A stretch of 64,000 nucleotides of DNA. It comes from Macrostomum hystrix. Its lineage: Eukaryota > Animalia > Platyhelminthes. The stretch spans positions 2,542,001 to 2,606,000 of the forward strand of contig CATNEN010000011.1 in the NCBI GenBank assembly GCA_950097015.1. Direction: 5' to 3'. Below the pieces are notes generated by a model. That model was not told where the DNA came from and did no database searches. It worked only from the letters and a program-made list of their open reading frames with translations. Of the stretch, positions 48,901 through 58,578 are shown piece by piece (within the stretch, counting starts at the first letter, position 1; each line of letters starts with the position of its first letter). The position numbers and the translations under genes are program-made.

Positions 48901-51900
48901 CTCCAGCATCCGGTGGAATGATGAAGCTTAACAAAGCTAAAGACGACAGAAACGAGCACGGACCAACCAGATTAAATACGTAATACAGCTTGCGCCTACG
49001 GATGAGCAGGTGAAATTTTAAATCGATGAACGGATGGGGACAGCAGTCGTAGATGATGCTGGTTCGGATCCCGGGCAGTCCTGCAAGCGTGTGGTGTCAA
49101 ACTGTTGTTGAGTCTATAGCGTAAAAAATTGATAATTTCTGGCATCTTTTCTTGACGTCAGCATCGTCGTCGAGATTCAGCGATTCATTCAGAAAAATGA
49201 AAAATGTGAAAAATTTGACATAGCCCGTGATCTTTCTACAGTTCAGCTGATGTTCTAGATGACACCTACCTGTAGTCCATGAAGTTGGGCCAGACTTACA
49301 GGCAGTGGCACAACTGCTGCTATTACAAATTTGTTTCCAAACCTGGTGTACAACCGTTCAGTCCATGGACTGGGGGGCTGCAACATCGACCCAAATTTTA
49401 CAGCTAAAAAATGTTGAATACAAGAAAAAGGTTAAGAGATTTTCTCTGCTACGCCACGTACCCAACACCCAATAATCCCAGCTAATGCTGGCACCCGTTT
49501 ATCAGCTGGGTGAACTGAATCAATGCAGAGTTAAGTGTCTTGCTAAATGGCACAAATTGTTTCAGTCGAGTCGGGAATCGAACCCTTGACCTTCAAGTCC
49601 GACGCCCTAACCACCTGGGTTTTTTAAATAGGCATTTGAGCAGGAACTTACCCTCTAGATTCCATTCGCCACTCTCAACGTAGGTGGTGACATCTCCTGA
49701 GCCCTTCTCAGAGCAGCCCTCCGGGTCCTGCAGGATCTTCTCAGTCGTATCCAAGCTGGCGTTGTCGCATTTGAATCTCAAATCAACTGTGCCGCCATCG
49801 TATGACCAAGAGCCGAATTTCAATTCGCACTTTTGCGTATCAAATGGAAACCAGGTAATATCTATTTTGCAGGTAGATTTGAACATTCCAGGCGGTATGT
49901 AGTTCATTGAACCCGAGTGATTTATGACCACATTAGTCGGGAATGTGCCATCGAATTTCTCATCGGCACTGGAAGTTTGAAAAGCAATTTGTTGACTAAT
50001 TCTCAGTTTTAATTACGCGCGTATTTCGATTAAATTATTAGATTACTACTTTAAGTAGCGCAACTCGCCTATTGTAAAGTAGAATGTCAGGTTTCCAAAC
50101 GCGACTCGGATCGATATTAATCTTCGTGATGTTGCCATATTCAGCTGGATTCCATTTGAAATGATAGTCGCTCCACGTCTGGAATTTTAAATAAACGTTT
50201 ATTGCTCTTGTCTTTCATTACATCTGTTATTTTTAGTTGTGTCATTTTTATTTCCAGATCTAACAAGATGCTTTATGCACATGCGTTCGCGTACATCTTA
50301 CGCTGTACGTAACAGATGCTATTTTTAGTAACAGGACAACCGTGCCTAGGGTCCTCCTCTGAGTCATCTGACGTCATATTCTATTTTTAGAAAATGTGTT
50401 GCCTTATGTAATGAACGAATATTTTAGGTTGAGTTTATGTGCTTTGTGTAAGATTTCTGCTACGTCTGCAGCAGTAAGCTGTGCTTAAACTTCAGGTAGG
50501 TGAAATTAGCTCAAAAATACTTATTGAACACATAAACATTACTGTCTGACCATGAATCGAAGGAAAAAAATAATAACGCTAAGCAAACATTAGATCCGAG
50601 CCACTCTGCATAATTTAGGCTTGCTGAAGCTCAAGAAAGGCCAACATTAATTGAGTCTGATCAAACATTATATCAGCTGTGTAGTCGATAAGTATTAGTA
50701 CTCAGGAGGCAGCTCACCAGATCCAGCCAGATGTTTGAGAACAGAATCTGGTTCTTTTCGTCCTGCATAAAAATGGGAAGCGGGAGTTTACAGATGGGAT
50801 CATTTTGCATTAGATTTACATGATTAACGCAAGTCAGTAATTCAGTCAATCACTGTAAGCATTATCAGTTTATGCTATACAAAGCCCAGAAAGCATGTTT
50901 TGATTCAGTATTTTTCTGCTAGCATTTCTTCCAACTAACTACGAGCTAAAAAAGCAAATAAATGATTTGACTAAAGTTTGATATGGCATTCATTTCTGTT
51001 CTCTCGTATGCTTTGCACCAGCTTGTGAACCATTGCTACAAAAGTTACGAGTATGTTACACCAATGGTTTAGCTGAGGCATTCATGCAAAACAGATTGAG
51101 TTGGCAGTGATTCCTTCAGCAAACTGTTCCATACCATTGCTCAAATGCACAGCTGACTGGAAAAGTATTTCTTAGTAAGATTTATTGGATAGCAAAAATT
51201 TGGATTAAAGAAACCAGCTGTTACTCGTACATATACTTTCACGTTTCAGAACTTTCAAAAAACTAAATTTTTGTTAGATAAACCGAAAAATAATTAAAAC
51301 GAATCGAGTTAATACGAAATTGTGTTACTAAGAACTGGATTCTTCTAAAAGCGCAATGTTTCTACGAACTGGATTCTTCTAAAAGCGCAATGTTTCTAAG
51401 AACTGGAGCTTCTAAAAGCGCAATGTTTCTAAGAACTGGATTCTTCTAAAAGCGCAATGTTTCTAAGAACTGGATTCTTCTAAAAGCGCAATGTTTCTAA
51501 GAACTGGATTCTTCTAAAAGCGCAATGTTTCTAAGAACTGGATTCTTCTAAAAGCGCAATGTTTCTAAGAACTGGATTCTTCTAAAAGCGCAATGTTTCT
51601 AAGAACTGGAGCTTCTAAAAGCGCAATGTTTCTAAGAACTGGATTCTTCTAAAAGCGCAATGTTTCTAAGAACTGGATTCTTCTAAAAGCGCAATGTTTC
51701 TAAGAACTGGATTCTTCTAAAAGCGCAATGTTTCTAAGAACTGGATTCTTCTAAAAGCGCAATGTTTCTAAGAACTGGATTCTTCTAAAAGCGCAATGTT
51801 TCTAAGAATTGGATTCTTCTAAAAGCGCAATGTTTCTAAGAACTGGATTCTTCTAAAAGCGCAATGTTTCTAAGAACTGGATTCTTCTAAAAGCGCAATG

Positions 51901-52649
51901 TTTCTAAGAAATGGAGCTTCTAACGGCGCAATGTTTCTAAGAACTGGATTCTTCTAAAAGCGCAATGTTTCTAAGAACTGGATTCTTCTAAAAGCGCAAT
52001 GTTTCTAAGAACTGGATTCTTCTAAAGCGCAATGTTTCTAAGAACTGGATTCTTCTAAAAGCGCAATGTTTCTACGAACTGGATTCTTCTATAAAAGCGC
52101 AATGTTTATAAGAACTGGATTCTTCTAAAAGCGCAATGTTTCTAAGAACTGGATTCTTCTAAAAGCGCAATGTTTCTAAGAACTGGAGCTTCTAAAAGCG
52201 CAATGTTTCTAAGAAATTGAGCTTCTAACGGCGCAATGTTTCTAAGAATTGGGTTCTTATAAAAGCGCAATATTTGTAAAAATTCAACTGAGAGTAGAAA
52301 CCAATAGTCACTCATTTAACTTAGCCCAGCTCAGATCGAGTATAATTCTAAGGTTGAGCACACTCACAACGTCGATAATCTGCTGCAGAGACACCTTGAA
52401 CCAGACGTAGAGCACAGCCGAATCGTTCTCAACCGGTCGCTCCATCGGGTTGTGCTTCTTGTTCTCGTCCTTGTTCTCGAATAGTTCCCGAAGGAGTCGC
52501 TTCTCGTGCCTGCCAGCCAGGGCGCCTTCGCGGATTATTGTGAATTGGGGGCTAAATTGATTGGCATAGTTTACTTGGAGAATCACGGCTGAGGTACGTG
52601 ACAGCACCAGCTCAGAGATAATCAATGATGGGCCAAGTAAGCCTTGCAT
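39997..52649 (-). CDS. Nicotinic acetylcholine receptor alpha subunit, alpha7 type. Exons about 52649-52368, 50762-50718, 50178-50069, 49968-49652, [49080-48886 or 46078-45884], [42490-42404 or 42196-42110], 40942-40833, 40629-39997
   Basis: Motifs [30 protein letters not shown], Cys-loop [15 protein letters not shown], loop B WSY, vicinal CC, GEK ring and TM4 [13 protein letters not shown]. Exon sizes 45/110/195/87/110 match the CHRNA7-type structure. The signal-peptide junction is uncertain. Confidence 0.93.
40650..40745. repeat. Five-copy 20-bp repeat (acctgttagacaggagccct) in the last nAChR intron
   Basis: acctgttag-like units at 40654, 40674, 40694, 40714 and 40734. Confidence 0.75.
41452..41905. 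mobile_element. Truncated inverted copy of the 33212-33803 element in an nAChR intron
   Basis: Begins TA|ggactaccaag and is colinear in reverse complement with about 33345-33803. Confidence 0.75.
42110..42196 (-). CDS. nAChR alternative TM2 exon 8b (87 nt): [29 protein letters not shown]
   Basis: cgacgcag|GT ... ATCG|gtgag, phase 1-1, open frame. Confidence 0.9.
42404..42490 (-). CDS. nAChR alternative TM2 exon 8a (87 nt): [29 protein letters not shown]
   Basis: cgacgcag|GC ... ATTG|gtaag, phase 1-1, open frame. Confidence 0.85.
42680..44180. repeat. 35-bp minisatellite (tctcgccgttgcttcattctatcccttatcaaatc) between exons 7b and 8a
   Basis: Direct periodicity, decaying toward 44180. Confidence 0.96.
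44345..44655 (+). mobile_element. Full-length SINE family 1 copy with (ATT)n-like tail
   Basis: gttgtagcctagtggttagggcgtcggactcacgacttgaaggtcgggggttcgattccc head, followed by the CORE-like block and tail. Confidence 0.92.
44930..45815. repeat. 21-bp minisatellite (tccatatctaacaggtcagta) just downstream of exon 7b
   Basis: Direct periodicity, about 42 copies. Confidence 0.97.
45884..46078 (-). CDS. nAChR alternative exon 7b (195 nt; loop C, TM1, M1-M2 linker): [65 protein letters not shown]
   Basis: tctcag|GA ... CTAG|gtgag, phase 1-1. Confidence 0.92.
46165..48185. repeat. 30-bp minisatellite (ttcaggaagtctggtttcatcccctgttcc), about 67 copies, between exons 7a and 7b
   Basis: Direct periodicity. 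Confidence 0.97.
48886..49080 (-). CDS. nAChR alternative exon 7a (195 nt): [65 protein letters not shown]
   Basis: ttgcag|GA ... TTTG|gtatg, phase 1-1, no stops. It is absent from the ORF track because it lacks a start codon. Confidence 0.85.
49355..49613 (-). mobile_element. Diverged SINE family 1 copy upstream of exon 7a
   Basis: cagctgggtgaactgaatcaatgcagagttaagtgtcttgc...gggaatcgaaccc matches the family. Confidence 0.8.
51330..52265. repeat. 34-bp minisatellite (aagaactggattcttctaaaagcgcaatgtttct), nAChR intron
   Basis: Direct periodicity. Confidence 0.96.
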
Positions 52650-52914
52650 GAACCTGTATGAACTTCTGTTCCGATAGATTTTTTCTAACAGGATCGTATA
52701 TATTCTGCTGCAACAGTATTGCTTTTTTCTAAGTTTGACGAAAAAGAAATACAAACTATAGAGATGCTATTTTTTCAGTAACAAAAGAGCTTTAACTTTC
52801 TTGAACGCTTTAGGGTTCAAAAACAATTTATAAAAAAAAACTTCTAAATTAACACAAAAATTCAAATTTTTCATTATTGAAAAGTTTCGGGGTTAAGAAG
52901 CTTCGCGGTTGAAA

Positions 52915-53810
52915 AGTTTCAGGCTGACAATTAGTTACGGAGTTCACAAGTTTCAGGCTGACAATTAGTTACGGAGTTCACAAGTTTCAGGCTGACAATT
53001 AGTTACGGAGTTCACAAGTTTCAGGCTGACAATTAGTTACGGAGTTCACAAGTTTCAGGCTGACAATTAGTTACGGAGTTCACAAGTTTCAGGCTGACAA
53101 TTAGTTACGGAGTTCACAAGTTTCAGGCTGACAATTAGTTACGGAGTTCACAAGTTTCAGGCTGACAATTAGTTACGGAGTTCACAAGTTTCAGGCTGAC
53201 AATTAGTTACGGAGTTCACAAGTTTCAGGCTGACAATTAGTTACGGAGTTCACAAGTTTCAGGCTGACAATTAGTTACGGAGTTCACAAGTTTCAGGCTG
53301 ACAATTAGTTACGGAGTTCACAAGTTTCAGGCTGACAATTAGTTACGGAGTTCACAAGTTTCAGGCTGACAATTAGTTACGGAGTTCACAAGTTTCAGGC
53401 TGACAATTAGTTACGGAGTTCACAAGTTTCAGGCTGACAATTAGTTACGGAGTTCACAAGTTTCAGGCTGACAATTAGTTACGGAGTTCACAAGTTTCAG
53501 GCTGACAATTAGTTACGGAGTTCACAAGTTTCAGGCTGACAATTAGTTACGGAGTTCACAAGTTTCAGGAATGACAATTAGTTACGGAGTTCACAAGTTT
53601 CAGGCTGACAATTAGTTACGGAGTTCACAAGTTTCAGGCTGACAATTAGTTACGGAGTTCACAAGTTTCAGGCTGACAATTAGTTACGGAGTTCACAAGT
53701 TTCAGGCTGACAATTAGTTACGGAGTTCACAAGTTTCAGGCTGACAATTAGTTACGGAGTTCACAAGTTTCAGGCTGACAATTAGTTACGGAGTTCACAA
53801 GTTTCAGGAT
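52915..53810. repeat. Near-perfect 34-bp minisatellite (agtttcaggctgacaattagttacggagttcaca)
   Basis: About 26 almost invariant copies. Confidence 0.97.
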
Positions 53811-54680
53811 TGACAAATTTCGAGTTTGAGTAGTTTTGCGGCTGACAAGTTTCGGGATAAAGAAGTCGTTTTTGGGTTTGAGAAGTTTCAGGTTGACAAG
53901 TTTCGGGGTTGACAAGTTTCGAGATTGACAAGTTTCGGGATTGACAAGTTTCCGGATTGACAAGTTTCGGTATTGACAAGTTTCGGGATTGACAAGTTTC
54001 CGGATTGACAAGTTTCGAGATTGACAAGTTTCGGTATTGACAAGTTTCGGGATTGACAAGTTTCGGTATTGACAAGTTTCGGTATTGACAAGTTTCGGTA
54101 TTGACAAGTTTCGGTATTGACAAGTTTCGGGATTGACAAGTTTCCGGATTGACAAGTTTCGAGATTGACAAGTTTCGGTATTGACAAGTTTCGGGATTGA
54201 CAAGTTTCGGTATTGACAAGTTTCGGGATTGACAAGTTTCCGGATTGACAAGTTTCGAGATTGACAAGTTTCGGGATTGACAAGTTTCCGGATTGACAAG
54301 TTTCGAGATTGACAAGTTTCGGTATTGACAAGTTTCGGGATTGACAAGTTTCGGTATTGACAAGTTTCGGTATTGACAAGTTTCCGGATTGACAAGTTTC
54401 GAGATTGACAAGTTTCGGGATTGACAAGTTTCGGGATTGACATGTTTCGTGATTGACAAGTTTCGGGATTGACAAGCTTCGGGATTGACAAGCTTCGGGA
54501 TTGACTAGTTTCGGGATTGACTAGTTTCGGGATTGACAAGTTTCCGGATTGCGAAGTTTCGGGATTGAAAAGTTTCCGGATTGAGAAGTTTCGAGGTTGA
54601 CAAGTTTCGGGATAGACAAGTTTCGGGGTTGACAAGCTTCGGGATTAACAAGTTTCAGGATTAACAAGTTTCAGGATTAA
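53810..54680. repeat. 16-bp minisatellite (gattgacaagtttcgg)
   Basis: Direct periodicity, abutting the 34-bp array. Confidence 0.95.
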
Positions 54681-55218
54681 AAAGATTTCAAAGTCAAAGT
54701 AATTAGACCTTCTAAAAGAGCTTGATCAATAGTCGTAATGGCTTCGGTAATTTCAACAGAAGGCTGTTGAAATTGTAATTTTGTTAACCCCCTATAGAAA
54801 AATTGTTGGTTAAAAGCTACGGGTTTTGAAACAGCTTCGATTCATAAAGAAATGTTTCTTCGGCTAAATGTGTTTTTTTCTGTAAATTTTCTTCTTAAAT
54901 CCATTTGGGACCATTGACTAGAATATGAAGGTTACCTGTTTAGTCCCAGCTTTAATGCCCATCAACGCTGGGTCACTAGCTGATCCCTTATCTGCTAATC
55001 TTCCCCGATTTCCCCTTTAGGGTTAGATATAGATTTGCGGTGGGATTTGGCTTATCCTGCGTCGATATCTCAAAATATCCCATGCACACATCGATTGTTG
55101 AGAAGCGATCCTCTCAGTGGCATTGCCTCTCCTGCCTTTCACTCGAGTTCTCTACCTCAGGTGCTTTGGTCTCCTAGTTATTTTACAGCACTCGTTATAT
55201 ATCCGTCTGCCTTGTCTG

Positions 55219-55565
55219 TTGTGTAGCTTAGTGATTGGACCGTCGGTCTCACGACTTGAAGGTCGGGGGTTCGATTCCAGACTCCAGACGAAGGAACAGC
55301 AAGGCACTTAACTCTGCAGCATTGATTCAGTTCACAGCTGTTAAATGTGTACCAGCATGAGCTGGGGTAATAGAGGGTGGGTGTGCCGTTACCCCAGTCC
55401 ATGGACTGCAGCTGACGCTGGTACCCATTTAACAGCTGGGTGAACTGCATGAAGCAATTCAGAGTTAAGTGTCTCGCTAAAGGACACATATAGTTTCTGT
55501 TGAGTCGGGAATCGAACCCCCGACCTTCAAGTCGTGAGTCCGACGCCCTAAGCACTAGGCTACAA
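55219..55565. mobile_element. Two SINE family 1 5' halves in tail-to-tail inverted arrangement
   Basis: A + copy at about 55219-55407 is followed by a - copy at about 55408-55565. Confidence 0.88.
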
Positions 55566-57541
55566 GGGCTTAAAAAATAGCGATAAAATTTAAAAAGTTT
55601 CAAATGCCTAGAGAAACGTTTCTTTTTTACCGTGTAACTTCTCTTGAAATGTAATAACTCGCTACTTTCTAAACTGCTGAAGATCGTTAAATTAACGAAG
55701 TTGCAAAAACTAACGATTAACTTTAACGAATTTATTTTGACGCGCAATTACAATTCTAAAATATACTGTAGAAATACTCTGTAGGCTTCCATTTAATCTG
55801 AAAAAAGTTTTCTTATTTTCTTGAATAAAAATATCTAATGCTCAAAGTTTTCGGAACTAACCTTGCAGTCCAGCGCCAATTAGCAGTACAGCACCTGTCA
55901 GCAGAAGGAACACGGCTACTGTTGACAAAGACTGTGACTTCCCAAGGCAGTACAGCATGCTTCCTGTTGAACTCTCGCCAAATAGGTATATTTCTGAATT
56001 CTAATATGCCGAATTGTGCCTCTATAGTTATTACAGCTCGCATTGCGGACTGAATTTCAGCTTCAGCGAAATGAGAGTTCAGAGTTTCAAGCACCCACAT
56101 AAGGGTCGCGTGCTGATTGGCTGGCTGTCAGGTCGAACCAATGGAAGTTTGTGATGCATTTTAGCCTGTTAGCCATTCAGATCATTTTTTATCGAAACCC
56201 AGATTTTTAATTATACCGTCTTTTAGGTCATTCTAAGAAACGGTACAGAACAGAAAGCCCTTTTAATTGCCTGTTTTAAACTATGCATTAGAAGAATTGT
56301 TAGTATCAGGAAAGTTGACGATTTTATTAACAATCGCCATTTTCCTCTTTCAATGTTTCAAAGATGGAAAAGAAAAAATTCATAATATAAAAGCGGACTC
56401 AAAAAGGAGTGACTTGATCAAAAGACGTATTGTATGGAGATAAGATTGATAATTCCATCTGCTCCTGACTTTCTACTGTGCTTGTATTCAGGAAATTGAG
56501 CTTTTTCGGGCGAAGAGACACACTCCCACAGCGAAAGTATTTCCTATTACAGCTTCAATACAGACGCGCTAAAAGCATTGCCTCTTGGCTCACTCATCCA
56601 TTATAGTATCCTATTTTCTCTCTGTAAGTAAGTAGCCCTGCATACATTCGTGCGTAAGGACACTATATAAATGATTTTTTTGCAGCATCAAATATTCCCT
56701 GGAAATTGTGCTCACAAGCATTTTTAATTGGGCCAACGGAAATCGCATGGTTAAAGTGCGCAGGAAGAGAGACCATGAGAGTAAGAGAGAGAGCAGCTAG
56801 AGATGCTGGCATGCTAGCAGAAATTGAAACACGCCTCGTCATATTTTTCTCTCTCGCTTTGGTGCAAAAAAACTGTCCATACAAATCAGCCCCAGATACC
56901 CTCTAGGCAACCAACTCGATTTTGCCGCGCAGTGACTGCGCAGAAGACTTGGGAGATTTTAGTTAGCTTATAGCTTACTCCCATCGGGGTTAGAGGTTGA
57001 CTGTCCGGCAGATCTCTTTCTTAAAACTCAACTTTCACTCACACTCCCTCTGACTCGTTGGTATGCAAAAGAAGCAAGCAATGAACACACACACTCACAC
57101 ACACCGACACTCCCTCACTCTTTAATTATCCCCCCGAAAGAAGCAGTAGGTTTTAGAAGAGCGAAGATCGATAGAAATCAATAAGTATAGAGGAAGAGAG
57201 ACGAAGTGTGGGCGGAGGGGGGAAGCACCCCTTTGTGGGGCAGGTTGGGATTTCTTTCGGGTGGCAACGGCTCAAAGTGTGTGCTCACTCTCTCTCTCTC
57301 TCTCTCGGTTTGTATGCTTAAGGATTGTGTATTTCCATTTGCAATATCGCGAGCGTTGCAGCGGGTCTCTCGGAGAATTTCTATAGTATTTAGTCGAGTT
57401 AGTTAATCGGCAGCAGAACAGAACTCGATGCACTCGACACTGGCTCCAACGATTGTGTGCAACAGTTTGACTTCAGTCGATCGAGACTTCACACTAGCTC
57501 TTGATCGCTGATTTTGATGCGTGACGAGGTAAAGCGGCTGC

Positions 57542-57542
57542 A

Positions 57543-57584
<42 letters not shown>

Positions 57585-57597
57585 GCGGCGGCGGCGG
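57542..57597. repeat. (GGC)n microsatellite
   Basis: Trinucleotide run. Confidence 0.9.
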
Positions 57598-57879
57598 CAA
57601 AAATAAAATAAAAATCTTTCTACTTGACCGTAATAATCCATGAGAAAGTTTATGTTCAGACCAAAGTGGTCAATACACGAAATATAATTCAAACATGGAT
57701 ATTGAGCACAGCAAAGTGCGAAATAAAACATTCATAGTGGCTCACAACTTATTACTGACACAAAACATTTCAATTTAGTTGCAGTTTATATTTTCGATAT
57801 TAAAATATGGAATTTTGGTGTAGTTTCATAAGTAACTGAAACTTCGTCCACTCTGGTAAAGTTGCGAGGAGAATATAGC

Positions 57880-57882
<3 letters not shown>

Positions 57883-57920
<38 letters not shown>

Positions 57921-58240
57921 TGCAGGAGGGCTGCGGGCAATGGCACATCATTGTGTGATACTAGACCCACAGCCAGCGAGGAGGCAATTCTGCCCATTTC
58001 GCTGACTCCTGAGCACACACGCACACAGGTATGTACATCTGCCCCGACTTTCTTATCGTCAGGCAGTGTACATTTAACTGTGCCTTGGAGGTTGGCCCTC
58101 AAGGGCGTAAATTGCACGACAAACCCCCAAGCCTTCTCTCCGCGGCTGCGCCCCAAATAAATGTGGCCTCGCCGCGGAATCGAACTTAGGGACCGTGGTG
58201 CGAGAGGCAAACGCGATAACCGCTCTGCCACCGAGCCCCC
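57883..58240 (-). mobile_element. Full-length SINE family 2 with (TTA)n tail and probable 10-bp TSD
   Basis: Head gggggctcggtggcagagcgg...aagttcgattcc. atatagcata occurs at 57873-57882 and 58245-58254. Confidence 0.88.
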
Positions 58241-58578
58241 TAGTATATAGCATAGAAATAGCTAAAATAAGTTTGAGAAAAATATTACCAAAATTGACAA
58301 AAATGGTCACACACATAAATTTCTGCCAACAAAGACCACCAATTAGTTTCTAGATGGACAAAAAACAAAGACTTTTGTAGGGCTCATAGAGTTAGCAGGC
58401 TTTTAATACAATAAAATACATTAAATAGATACATAGAAATAGATAGAAAAACCGCTTACAAAGAATTTAAATTAGAACAAATTAGCAGGAATTTATAGTT
58501 TTTCGATAAATAAAATGAAAATAGGATCCTGATGTGAATTTCAGGTTCTTAAGAAAATTAGACAGATTTTTTCTTCAA

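Noticed and set aside
50180-52360. A second exon 3 as in insect alpha6 3a/3b, or a third TM2 exon
   Set aside because: Only one 45-nt DEKNQ exon (50762-50718) and two TM2 exons were found by eye; a TBLASTN would be decisive.
57403-57731. PolyPro/polyArg ORFs as nAChR exon 1
   Set aside because: They are readings of a (GGC)n microsatellite with no signal peptide; the region may be UTR or promoter but this cannot be shown.
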